DNA of 64,000 nt from Coriobacteriia bacterium (GCA_016926975.1 JAFGNP010000006.1:2696-66695), one strand, 5' to 3'. Shown: positions 20,301 through 28,592, counted from the stretch's first letter. Translations and numbers: made by a program. Notes: a model not told the origin generated them from the letters alone.

Positions 20301-21690
20301 GGGCGGCGCTCAGCTGATAAGCTGTGTTCGTCTCGAACTCGGCCTGTGTGGTCTGGGTGAATATCGTCCCGCCCGCCTCGACCCAGATCCCGCTGTCGGC
20401 AAGCGTCGGGTGCCTGGACGCCTGCCCGAACTCGGCCTGCATGTCCCGGCCGTTCCAGGCGAAGTTCACGTTGCCCGTCGCCGTACCTGCCGCGACCTCG
20501 GCGGCATAGCCGGCCGCACTGTGGCACTTATAGCAGAGGTAGGACTGCTTGTTCTCTTCCGGGTCGGTCGTACCGCTGCCGCGGTAGTCGATGAGCTTGA
20601 TCGTGGCCGACGCGTGCTTGTTGTGGCAGGCGAGGCACTGCACCGCGGGGTTCGTCGCGGGAGCGTCGTTGGCGAACACGTTGCCCGTGCTGTGAGCCGC
20701 GCCACTGGCATATGTGTGATCGCCGGCAGTATCAGAGTAGATGCCCGAGTCACCCACATAGGAGATCGGTGTGGCATTCGGGCCGTGGCATGCCAGGCAG
20801 AAGCCGATACCCTGCGGGTTGGTCGCCTGGGTGTAGTAGGTGTATGTGGGCGCACCGCCGCTGACGCCGGTCTGCACCCTTAGCATCTTCGGGTAGCTCA
20901 GGGAGGCAACGTAGTTGCCGTCCTTGTCGTAGTAGTACGCGGTGCGGTGCGACGAGTGGCAGGCGTCGCACTCGGTCTCGTCGGTCTCCATCTTCGTGCT
21001 GCGATGCCAGGACGTGAAAGCCGTCTGGCCTTCGTAGTCGCCGAACGCGCGCTGGATGTTCTTGCTGCTCTTGGCGCCGAAGTCCGAGTCTTCGGAAGTC
21101 GAGCCATGGCAGGTGTAGCAGAGCTCGACGTCGTGGTAGTCCCACTCTGCGGGGTACGCGCCGTGGACTTCGTGACACCTGGTGCAGGTGACGGTGTTCT
21201 CGACGTCCCCCACATCACGGTAGCCGTGGACGTTAGGCGCCATGGTCTTGGAGAGGGTGGACACCTCCGTGCCGTCGGTGGCCCGCACCGCATACCACCA
21301 GACGCACGATTGGAGGATCTCGAGCGGATCAGCATCGACCTCGATGCTCGTCTCTTCAGTGGTGCCGACCAGAGTGGCCGAACCTAGATTGGCCGTGGTC
21401 ACGGGCTGCGGCAACCGGTAGACGTTGTAGGTGATCGGGTCCTCATCGGCATCAGTCGAGGCTTCCCACAGCACGCTCACAGACGATCTTGATGCTCCGC
21501 TGACGTGCGCGTCAGTCATGAGAGGCTGCGTCGGGGCGGCGGCATGGGCGAGGGACGGCAAGGCAAGAACACCTGTTGCGACCAGCGCGACAAGCACACT
21601 CATGCAGATGTAGCGCGCGCCACATCTGTGCGGTCTCTTCCGTTCCACTTCCAGTGCCCTTCTGGAATGGCCCATTCGTACCACCATCAC
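17314..21690 (-). CDS. Secreted multihaeme cytochrome c with FN3-like domain and a large haem-free propeller/jelly-roll insert
   Basis: 1458 aa with a signal peptide (VLVALVATGVLALPSLAHA). It carries 15 CxxCH motifs plus one CxxxxCH: 6 in residues 169-390 and 9+1 in residues 921-1400. Residues 391-920 have no haem motif. The exact start is uncertain (GTG 21690, ATG 21687 or internal Met). Confidence 0.85.
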   Translation of the reverse strand: MMVVRMGHSRRALEVERKRPHRCGARYICMSVLVALVATGVLALPSLAHAAAPTQPLMTDAHVSGASRSSVSVLWEASTDADEDPITYNVYRLPQPVTTANLGSATLVGTTEETSIEVDADPLEILQSCVWWYAVRATDGTEVSTLSKTMAPNVHGYRDVGDVENTVTCTRCHEVHGAYPAEWDYHDVELCYTCHGSTSEDSDFGAKSSKNIQRAFGDYEGQTAFTSWHRSTKMETDETECDACHSSHRTAYYYDKDGNYVASLSYPKMLRVQTGVSGGAPTYTYYTQATNPQGIGFCLACHGPNATPISYVGDSGIYSDTAGDHTYASGAAHSTGNVFANDAPATNPAVQCLACHNKHASATIKLIDYRGSGTTDPEENKQSYLCYKCHSAAGYAAEVAAGTATGNVNFAWNGRDMQAEFGQASRHPTLADSGIWVEAGGTIFTQTTQAEFETNTAYQLSAALIPDSVVLEQYTDTIDPSSESYLFAHGGGAQTFDQYRPADNAWNANNYGKFDPPANDSFSTATGSTLFSANGKVYVIRGGNSITSPMIRQYTPPVNSGTGTWAPAAITAFGAGFSTGAQAAVNSGSSVVYINRGGNTNAIQWWQYSGTTVNSITYQPGGSTASLGAGSAMAYAPGADRLFVVNRNGGTGNGILYYLSNPATKTGNQTFTSSTRQVTDAGGITYYNRLAHFRDGAGTEYLMMIGKDLSGNDDTVIVSSLSGTPVPTFLNIAPFSSALGDGCDLTWDGVDGGYLYAIRGSDNSMARIAIPASGAETAGNWGTWEALTATPWTQGAGAGIAFCNADPPSYTGLAYRTSGTLTTSDITIPSTHPTSWGTLSWTESEPSGTALSVKVQGWDGAEWDDLVTDADSPTDLSSFSVETYTKIRLVGLFTTSDTSTTPRLDEWSVTSAWETARSLTCSNCHNVHTVGTGGSTAWDMTRVSDPDNTLNAFTGTPTQFCLVCHDGVLPAATTTDTTLIPYSVGFHIYTDTTAPFFTGWNKTETSYEWANSGHANSRVSNMSTGCDSCHDPHASDQPRLLASSAYYTGVAGHIAVMRDDSTTYEEEKGCYVCHTSQRSTPTCTTTGCHPNIDSLTGTGMDVQEAFTATYRHPVEYSDRHSDTEGAAELGQSNRHSECVDCHDPHAARAGRHTLYDSKAGEVLRGARGVMVETWPGNWTAVASGDWVPIRLSGQTTDFEAYLCLKCHSSYSGQPFTVTSGSGTYTSTDVALEFNPSNQSEHNVFGQRTVMETAFTVNGSNYTWSKPATLTQWLKSPWTTDSMMTCTDCHMSAATTDARGPHGSGAKWLIDPAYPYSWNFYDGETNTPQLNAGSNTGMSRSGSGTANAGIICEKCHGSTSFTTMNNVHDEHKGRSSQGGYCRHCHVGIPHGWKRPRLLGYTTDPDPYATWRSQTGYSATGTWGTVNFSLKSYTPLGWTKDDCYAGCSSGKHPNDNTAWP

Positions 21691-22496
21691 TGCAAAACCT
21701 GTACCAATTGCACGAATCTCAGGTCTGGCGTCGCGTCATCCAGCGATGTCAGGTACCAGCGCCCGTCCACATAGCGCATCGCGACCGGGATCGTGTGTTC
21801 GGATATGAGCCCCGCATCTCGCCACTGCAGCTGGCTGTACGCAATGTAGATTGTAGCGTCGTTCACGGTGAAGATGTTGACGCAGCAACCGGGAGCCGAA
21901 GTGAGGATGGGCGGGTACCGCTCGGCTATGTATTCGATGTATGTGGTCTGAGAACCTTCATCCGGAGCCAGGAAGTCGGCAAGTGCTTCGGCATCCCTTG
22001 CGGATAGAGCTTCGACTATCGCGGCCACCATCGCCCTGACGGCGTCAGGGTTCGACTGTACGTTCCTCCTGGTCTCCTCCAAGTACTCTGACTGGTCGTC
22101 CGTGATCTCGTGGGGACTCGAGGATTGAGGAGGTATTCCTTCATCCGGGATGGCTGGGGTGTCTTTCACGGCGTAGCGGCGCTTCCTGGCGGCTACATCT
22201 TCGGGTGTGGATGTCTCTTCCACAGGTTCGCCTGTCTCAGGATCGAGAGCGGACCCTCCTTCGGACTCGCCGTCGCCTTCCAGGACCTTGGGGAGGAAGA
22301 CATCGGGGATGTGCAGTTTGGGTGAGTCGCCGTCTCCGGCGGTGAGCGAGAAGAAGGCCACCGCTCCCACGACAAGCAGCAGCGCCAGAGTAGCCAAAAC
22401 AGGCCATCGCGAACGCGTAGCCAACTGGTGTCCTTTCCGTATGCGTCCTTCTAGCGAATCTATCGGACGATTACGGTCACAGCAGTAGCAGTACAA
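21687..22496 (-). CDS. Membrane-anchored hypothetical protein upstream of the cytochrome
   Basis: 269 aa with one TM (WPVLATLALLLVVGAVAFFSL), an acidic Pro/Glu linker, and a C-terminal globular domain of about 120 aa (weakly NTF2/SnoaL-like by pattern). Its stop overlaps the cytochrome start (GTGA). Confidence 0.5.
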   Translation of the reverse strand: MYCYCCDRNRPIDSLEGRIRKGHQLATRSRWPVLATLALLLVVGAVAFFSLTAGDGDSPKLHIPDVFLPKVLEGDGESEGGSALDPETGEPVEETSTPEDVAARKRRYAVKDTPAIPDEGIPPQSSSPHEITDDQSEYLEETRRNVQSNPDAVRAMVAAIVEALSARDAEALADFLAPDEGSQTTYIEYIAERYPPILTSAPGCCVNIFTVNDATIYIAYSQLQWRDAGLISEHTIPVAMRYVDGRWYLTSLDDATPDLRFVQLVQVLQ

Positions 22497-22599
22497 TCCA
22501 TATTAATCCCCAGGAAGTGCCTGCTCTAAGCGTCGGCAGGGTGCTGTACGCAGTTCGTCTGGACGATTCCGGCCGGCCGCGCGAGCGCGCCTCCGTCGG

Positions 22600-22628
22600 T
22601 TGCGCCCTGGTGAGGACCGTGTTAGAGT
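22600..22628 (+). promoter_or_regulatory. Putative sigma-70-type promoter of the tRNA gene
   Basis: TTGCGC (22600-22605), a 17-nt spacer, then TAGAGT (22623-22628), ending 11 nt before the tRNA 5' end. Confidence 0.45.
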
Positions 22629-22639
22629 GACTTTCCCGT

Positions 22640-22716
<77 letters not shown>

Positions 22717-22805
22717 ACATATCCGCAGGTCCTGGGCTCAAAGCGCCCGGGGCCTGTTTCGTTGTCGGGGCAAACGGGAGCATCTGAGAGTGTGGGGTGA
22801 AAGCG

Positions 22806-23747
22806 CTACCCGACCAGTGAGGCGAGGTACAGGCCGTAGACGGCCACGAGCAGGAGCCCCTCGGCCCTGTTGAGCACCCAGCCCCGGATCATCATCGGCA
22901 GCACCAGGACTGCCGTCGCCACGAGCACCCCGAAGTCGAGCAGGCGCAGTCCCTCGACGGCGAATGGGTGGATCAGGGCTGTGATGCCCAGCACCGCGAG
23001 GATGTTCAGCGTGTTTGAGCCGATGACATTTCCGAACGCTACGTCGGCCTGCTCCTTGCGTGCTGCCGCCACGGAGGTCGCGAGTTCGGGGAGGCTGGTA
23101 CCTATGGCGATGACGGTGAGTGCGATGACCGCCTGGTCCACCCCGAGCCCACCTGCGACAGTGACGGCTCCACTCACGAGCAGTTCCGCACCGGCTACCA
23201 GTGCGGGTACGCCGCCGATGATCAAGCCGAGGTCTCTGCCGAGCAGACGAGTTTGCGGGATCGCTTCGTCGAACTGAGCCGATACGGCAGGTATGTCGCC
23301 CGCCCGCGCGCCTCGGTAAGCGAACACGGTGTAGGCGACGCCTGCAGTGACCAACAGCAGGCCATCCAGCCGACCGAGCATGCCGTCGAGCAGGAGTACG
23401 CACAGCAGAACGGTGGCCCCGAGCATGAGCGGCATCTCTCGCCTCACCAGCCGTGCTCGGACTTGCATCGGTTTGATCACTGCAGCAACGCCGAGCACGA
23501 GGGCGATGTTGCTGATGTTGGAGCCGACGACATTGCCGAGAGCGATGCCGCTGTTGCCGGTGGCCGCGCCCTTGACGCTCACCGCGAACTCGGGGGCGCC
23601 GGTGGCGAAGGCGACCACCGTGAGGCCGACGACGAGAGGAGCGATTCCAAGGCGCACCGCCAGGGAGCTCGACCCATTCACTAGCAGTTGCGCTCCGAAG
23701 GGCAGGAGCAAGAGCCCTGCGAGGAGCAATGCGGTACCAGTCAGCAT
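22806..23747 (-). CDS. Ca2+/Na+ antiporter (CaCA/YrbG family)
   Basis: 313 aa, polytopic, with duplicated alpha-repeats GNVVGSNISNIALVLG and GNVIGSNTLNILAVLG. Confidence 0.85.
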   Translation of the reverse strand: MLTGTALLLAGLLLLPFGAQLLVNGSSSLAVRLGIAPLVVGLTVVAFATGAPEFAVSVKGAATGNSGIALGNVVGSNISNIALVLGVAAVIKPMQVRARLVRREMPLMLGATVLLCVLLLDGMLGRLDGLLLVTAGVAYTVFAYRGARAGDIPAVSAQFDEAIPQTRLLGRDLGLIIGGVPALVAGAELLVSGAVTVAGGLGVDQAVIALTVIAIGTSLPELATSVAAARKEQADVAFGNVIGSNTLNILAVLGITALIHPFAVEGLRLLDFGVLVATAVLVLPMMIRGWVLNRAEGLLLVAVYGLYLASLVG

Positions 23748-23826
23748 GCGTGTAGTCCCCGCTCTTCACATTCGACTGTCTTGGGGCCCCTGAGATGAGA
23801 CGTGCGCTCTCCTCGCATTCTATCGG

Positions 23827-24843
23827 ATGCCCTTGCGGACACTCATAGACAGTCGCCGATCGTGTTTCGGTATGCGGACGATGGCGCGATGGGCAATAAG
23901 GTGGCAGAGTGTTGCTGCAGTTGGTGATAGGCGGGGGCCAGTGCAAGACAGACCTGCGGACCGGCCTAGGCGCCGGAAGAGAAGAAGAACGAGAGCCTGG
24001 GCACGCCAGCGCCTCATAGCCATGGGTGCGGTTGCCGTCTTGTTCGTTGTCGTGTGGTCCGCCTTTCAGCTGGGTGACGCGGACGCTGGACAGAGCGCCG
24101 ACACGGAGTCCGGATCGGACGCGGTCTTCGCGAATCGCATCTCCGTGATCGAGCCTCCGACTGAGGAGCAGCCGCCAGCCGAGTATCAGGCTCTCGTCGC
24201 CTCGGAGCACCCTCTGAAGCGCACGTCTACTTCCAGCGGCTCCTCGGCAAGCGGATTGAAACCCTCGCACAAGTACATCGCCCTCACGATCGACGACGGT
24301 TACAACTTCCAGCCCGAGATGCTCGAGCTGATGAGAAGCTACGACGTGCGTTGCACCACCTTCCTCCCGGGGAAGTGGGCTTCCGGCAACCGGGCTTCGG
24401 TGAAGATGATGCAGGACGCCGGCTTCGAGATCGCCAATCACAGCTGGGACCATCCCGACCTCACGAAGCTCAGTGCCGACGAGATCTCATCGCAACTGAG
24501 TAGGACGCAGAGCGTGCTCAAAGAGATCACGGGCAAGTCCGTGATGCTGATGCGGCCGCCTTACGGGGTAACGAACGCGGACGTGAAGGCTGTCGTGCAA
24601 GGTGAGGGTTACCGTTCGATCATGTGGACCAAGACCTTCGGCGATTCCGGGACGGGCATCACGGCCGAGGGCGCCTATAACAACGTGATGGTCAACAACG
24701 GCCCGGTGCGTGCCGGCGACATCATCCTGTGCCACTGGGGTTCGAAGGCCACATACGAGGCGCTCAAGCGCATCATCCCGGAGCTGCAGGCGCAGGGCTT
24801 CACGTTCGTGACGGTCAGCGAGCTACTGGCCGACAGCCAGTGA
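23827..24843 (+). CDS. Membrane-anchored polysaccharide deacetylase (NodB homology domain)
   Basis: TM segment, then IALTIDDGYN ... ANHSWDHPDL ... LMRPPYG, the NodB motifs. The true start may be an internal Met. Confidence 0.8.
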   Translation: MPLRTLIDSRRSCFGMRTMARWAIRWQSVAAVGDRRGPVQDRPADRPRRRKRRRTRAWARQRLIAMGAVAVLFVVVWSAFQLGDADAGQSADTESGSDAVFANRISVIEPPTEEQPPAEYQALVASEHPLKRTSTSSGSSASGLKPSHKYIALTIDDGYNFQPEMLELMRSYDVRCTTFLPGKWASGNRASVKMMQDAGFEIANHSWDHPDLTKLSADEISSQLSRTQSVLKEITGKSVMLMRPPYGVTNADVKAVVQGEGYRSIMWTKTFGDSGTGITAEGAYNNVMVNNGPVRAGDIILCHWGSKATYEALKRIIPELQAQGFTFVTVSELLADSQ

Positions 24844-24924
24844 GCTTGGCCGGGGAAAGCCGTACGGCGGCCTGATCCAGCGGCCGCGCCAGACTCTCGC
24901 ATGTGGTCGCCGGTAGGGCTAGAG

Positions 24925-24953
24925 TTGCATAGAGGATCTGCCGAACTGCATAG
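24925..24953 (+). promoter_or_regulatory. Conserved upstream motif, copy 1 (before ord)
   Basis: TTGCATAGAGGATCTGCCGAACTGCATAG contains two TGCATA(G) half-sites 21 nt apart. The second half-site starts 25 nt before the ord ATG. A near-identical arrangement occurs at 32321-32349. Confidence 0.45.
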
Positions 24954-24970
24954 CCTCGGAAGGAGCCGGC

Positions 24971-25981
24971 ATGATCAAGGTCGCTGTGTGGGGAACGGGC
25001 ATGATGGGCCAGGGGCTACTCGGCTACATCCTCGATCGTCCCCGGCAACTCGAGCTTGTCGGCGCCATCGTCACTAACCCCGCCAAGGAGGGCAGGCGAG
25101 TTGGCGAGCTGCTCGACAGGGATTGCGACGTCCGCATGATCACCGATGCCCAGGCGGTACTCGGCCAGCAGCCTGAAGTCGTCTGCATCTGCACGCAGAG
25201 CAACCTCAGCGAGGTCTCCGATCAGATCGGGGCGTGCGTGCGTGCCGGATCCAACGTGCTCTGCATCGCCGAGAAGCTGGCGTACCCGTGGGCGAGCGAT
25301 CCGGATTGGGCCGACAGGTTCGAGGAGCTCGCGGTCGAGCACGACGTCTCCGTGCTGGGCACGGGCATCAACCCCGGCTTCATCCTGGACGCGCTCATCG
25401 TGATGTGGACCTCGGTCTGTCTCAGAGTCGATCGTATCGAGGCGCAGCGCGTGAACGACCTGTCGCCGTTCGGTCCCACTGTCATGGCGAGCCAGGGCGT
25501 GGGGACGACAGTCGCCGAGTTCGAGGTCGGTGTGGCCGACGGCACGATCGTGGGGCACATGGGTTTTCCCGAGTCGATCAACCTCATAGCCGACGCGCTG
25601 GGTTGGGAGATAGACGACATCCGGGAGACGCGGGAGCCGATCGTGACCGGCGTGGAGCGCTCTACGCCGCACGTTCACGTGAACCCGGGTGACGTGTGCG
25701 GATGCCGGCACATCGGCCGTGGCTACAGCAAGGGTGAGCTCAAGATCGAGCTGGTGCACCCGCAGCAGATCCATCCGGGGCTGGAGGGCGTCGAGACGGG
25801 CGACTACATACATATCTTCGGCGACCCCGAGGTGCACATGGCCAACTCGCCGGAGATCCCCGGTGGCAAGGGGACGTACGCGAGCACCGGCAACTACATC
25901 CCGCTGATAGTCGATGCTCCCGCGGGGATACTTACAGTGACCGATCTGCCCGTACCGCGGTTCTGGGCGCCAGAGGCGTAG
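24971..25981 (+). CDS. ord: 2,4-diaminopentanoate dehydrogenase
   Basis: 336 aa. N-terminal Rossmann fold MIKVAVWGTGMMGQG of the DapB-like amine dehydrogenase family. Located directly upstream of ortA/ortB. Confidence 0.75.
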   Translation: MIKVAVWGTGMMGQGLLGYILDRPRQLELVGAIVTNPAKEGRRVGELLDRDCDVRMITDAQAVLGQQPEVVCICTQSNLSEVSDQIGACVRAGSNVLCIAEKLAYPWASDPDWADRFEELAVEHDVSVLGTGINPGFILDALIVMWTSVCLRVDRIEAQRVNDLSPFGPTVMASQGVGTTVAEFEVGVADGTIVGHMGFPESINLIADALGWEIDDIRETREPIVTGVERSTPHVHVNPGDVCGCRHIGRGYSKGELKIELVHPQQIHPGLEGVETGDYIHIFGDPEVHMANSPEIPGGKGTYASTGNYIPLIVDAPAGILTVTDLPVPRFWAPEA

Positions 25982-26036
25982 GCGGACGAAGACGCCGCCC
26001 GCAACCGGGACGGCCGGAAGAGAGAGGGAGAGCGCC

Positions 26037-26390
26037 GTGCCAGACGCGTTCCGCTGCAGCGCCGGCGATTGGGTGGAGGTGGAGTACGTTCTCCTCCAGC
26101 CTGCCGAGCGCGCCTCCGGACTTCCGGCGGACACCGCTGCACAGCCGCTGCGTGCGTGGGTGAAGGGCTTCGCTCTCGCCGGGGGCATGATCGGCGACGA
26201 GGTCGAAATCGAGACGATGACCGGCCGAAAGGTGCGAGGGCGTCTCTCGGCTGTGAGCCCCGGCTACTCGCACACTTTCGGCACGCCGCTGCCGGAGATA
26301 GTCGGAATCGGCCGGGACTTGCGCGCGCGCGTCGCCGCGTACCGCGCGGCCACGCCAGGTGTACGCGTCGACCCCGAGGCGGGTGAGTGA
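26037..26390 (+). CDS. ortA: 2-amino-4-ketopentanoate thiolase alpha subunit
   Basis: 117 aa with GDWVEVEYVLL.P.ER...LP.DT...PL..WVKGF and SPGY.H.FG, as in OrtA. GTG start with GAGGGAG upstream. Confidence 0.75.
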   Translation: MPDAFRCSAGDWVEVEYVLLQPAERASGLPADTAAQPLRAWVKGFALAGGMIGDEVEIETMTGRKVRGRLSAVSPGYSHTFGTPLPEIVGIGRDLRARVAAYRAATPGVRVDPEAGE

Positions 26391-26391
26391 C

Positions 26392-27804
26392 GTGGCCTCC
26401 CGCTACGAGCAGGTGATGGCGCGCAAGGGCGAGATCATGAAGAGCGCGCTGGGCATGGACTACGCGCAGTTCGAGCGCAGTCCCATCGCTTTCGACTACG
26501 AGGGCATGATGGGCGCGCACGGCTACACTCTCGAGCAGATCCGGAGCATCCAGCGCGCCGCTGGTGTGGGACTGACGCCGCTGCTCGAACTTCGCAATCT
26601 CACGGATCTCGTGCGCTCCTATGCGGGACCGGGCCGTGGCGCGCGGCTGTTCGTGAAGGACGAGGCCGCCAACATGGCCGGCTCGTTCAAGGACCGCCGG
26701 GCGTCGATGAGCATCCACGTGGCGGCCGAGAAGGGGTACGCAGGAGTGATCGCGGCCACCTCCGGCAACTACGGCGCGGCGGTGGCAAGCCAGGCGGCGC
26801 GTGCCGGCCTGAAGTGCATCATCTGCCAGGAGACCTTCGACTCGCGCCACGTCGGCCAGCCGGAGATCGTCGAGAAGTCCCGCATCTGCGAGGCGTTCGG
26901 CGCCGAGGTCATTCAGATGACCGTGGGTCCCGAACTCTTCTTCCACATGCTCGAGCTTCTGGAACAGACCGGCTATCTTTCGGCATCGCTGTACTCGCCG
27001 TTCGGCGTGTCGGGCATCGAATCGCTCGGTGCGGAGCTGGCCGAGGAGATGACGGCGCTCACGGGCTCTCCGCCCACGCATGTGGTGGTGACGCACGCCG
27101 GCGGCGGGAACACCACGGGCACCGCGCGCGGCCTGAAGCGGATGGGCGCGAGGACTGAGATCGTGAGTGCGAGCGTGGACCTGTCGGGACTCCACATGGC
27201 GAGTGACACCGACTTCAACCGCAAGAGCTTCACCACCGGGCACACCGGCTTCGGAGTGCCGTTCGCCACGTGGCCGGACCGCGCCGACGTGCCCCGCAAC
27301 GCCGCGCGCTCGCTTCGCTACATGGATCGCTACCTCATCGTCACTCAAGGCGAGGTCTTCTACGTCACCGAGGCGCTCTCGAAGCTGGAGGGACTCGAGC
27401 GCGGGCCGTCCGGCAACACCGCGATGGCGGCGGCGATGTCGCTCGCGAGAGACCTGCCGCAAGACGCCACCGTGGTGGTACAGGAAACCGAGTACACGGG
27501 CGCAGGCAAGCACCACTGGAGCCAGCTGGCGTTCGCGCGCGAGCAGGGCATCGAAATGCGGGCCGGGAACCCAGCCGAGAACGCGCCCGGTAAGGCGATC
27601 GTGATCCCCGAGCGTCCCGAGCAGATCGCTGCGACGGACTTCGACCTCGGCAAGATGCGCCGGTCGTACGTGCGTAACGCGTTGCAGCACGCGCCGGAGG
27701 GTTACGAGCCGACGCCCGAGGACACGGTGTTCCTCGCCGAGGACACCAACACCACGCCGGCGATAGTCGAGGAGATCATCGCCGGGCTCCGGGCCGGTCA
27801 GTAG
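26392..27804 (+). CDS. ortB: 2-amino-4-ketopentanoate thiolase beta subunit (PLP-dependent)
   Basis: Trp-synthase-beta-like fold with the PLP lysine in NMAGSFKDRRAS. Follows ortA. GTG 26392 (1 nt after the ortA stop) is preferred, but 26359 and 26383 are also possible. Confidence 0.8.
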   Translation: MASRYEQVMARKGEIMKSALGMDYAQFERSPIAFDYEGMMGAHGYTLEQIRSIQRAAGVGLTPLLELRNLTDLVRSYAGPGRGARLFVKDEAANMAGSFKDRRASMSIHVAAEKGYAGVIAATSGNYGAAVASQAARAGLKCIICQETFDSRHVGQPEIVEKSRICEAFGAEVIQMTVGPELFFHMLELLEQTGYLSASLYSPFGVSGIESLGAELAEEMTALTGSPPTHVVVTHAGGGNTTGTARGLKRMGARTEIVSASVDLSGLHMASDTDFNRKSFTTGHTGFGVPFATWPDRADVPRNAARSLRYMDRYLIVTQGEVFYVTEALSKLEGLERGPSGNTAMAAAMSLARDLPQDATVVVQETEYTGAGKHHWSQLAFAREQGIEMRAGNPAENAPGKAIVIPERPEQIAATDFDLGKMRRSYVRNALQHAPEGYEPTPEDTVFLAEDTNTTPAIVEEIIAGLRAGQ

Positions 27805-27832
27805 GGGGCGCGCTCCCGGGAGGAGGCCGGTC

Positions 27833-28465
27833 ATGATCTTCGTCGCGTTGGCTGCTCTGGCAGGCTCAGCCCTGATGTCCTACGCGATCGGCTACGCCTT
27901 CATCGCGCCACGGGACGCATTCGTCCGATCGAAGCGCGGTGTGTTGCTGATCGTGGTGGGCGGGCTCAGCTTGATCTTCCTGCCGCCGCAGGTCACCGGG
28001 CTGGACGCGGTAGGCGGGACTGTCGCGGCCACATACGGCCTATCCGGCGCCTTCAACTGGCCCGAGTCGCTGAGCAAGGGCGCGTACCTTGTCGTCTGGG
28101 GCGTAACCTCGATCGTCGCGCTGCTTGCGGGCATGCGCATCTGGGCGGCAGGCTCGCCCGACTGGCGTGCCGGATCGCGAGCGTACGATGCTTCAGCAGC
28201 CAGCCGCGTGAACAGCTTGCTGCCGCTTGCGGACACGCTGCCCGACGCGCTCGACGTGCTTGCGCGCGCAGGCATGAGCGAGCGAGATGTCGGCCGGGCC
28301 GCCGGAGACATCCGCGAGGCAGGCCGACGGCTGGCCGATGCCTTGCCACCGAGTGACGGTGCGCTCTACGCGATGGCAGCTGCGAAGATGCCTGCCGGGT
28401 TGGCCGGGCCGGTTACCGGCTACCTGCTCGAAGGCGCAGGACGACGTGCCGGTGTGAGGGGTTGA
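27833..28465 (+). CDS. Membrane protein of unknown function (paralogue A of 42144..42731)
   Basis: 210 aa with 3-4 TM segments followed by a soluble helical tail. Clear similarity to the 195-aa ORF at 42144 (SYAIGYAF/SYVVGYAF, LPLADTLPDALDVLAR/LPLADSLQDALDVLAR, YAMAAA..VTGYLLEGA/YAMVAS..VTGLLLQGA). Confidence 0.6.
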   Translation: MIFVALAALAGSALMSYAIGYAFIAPRDAFVRSKRGVLLIVVGGLSLIFLPPQVTGLDAVGGTVAATYGLSGAFNWPESLSKGAYLVVWGVTSIVALLAGMRIWAAGSPDWRAGSRAYDASAASRVNSLLPLADTLPDALDVLARAGMSERDVGRAAGDIREAGRRLADALPPSDGALYAMAAAKMPAGLAGPVTGYLLEGAGRRAGVRG

Positions 28466-28592
28466 GGCAGGAGTGCAGTGGTATTCGGAGAACACATAAG
28501 CAAAGGCGGGACTTCGCGGTAGCGCTTCGCTGCCGGCGTTCAGTCCCCGGGATTTGACTGTTCTTCCAGGGGCGTTGTTGAAGGAGGCTGTT

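Noticed and set aside
22738-24453. 571-aa minus-strand ORF spanning the antiporter and deacetylase genes.
   Set aside because: It is extremely Arg/Pro/Gly-rich, overlaps the well-supported CaCA antiporter in another frame, and runs antisense to the NodB deacetylase.
24925-24953. Reading the TTGCATA/CTGCATAG motif as a sigma-54 promoter.
   Set aside because: Sigma-54 promoters need GG and GC elements about 11-12 nt apart (TGGCAC-N5-TTGCW). Here the repeats are 21 nt apart, there is no GG -24 element, and no enhancer-binding protein gene is nearby.
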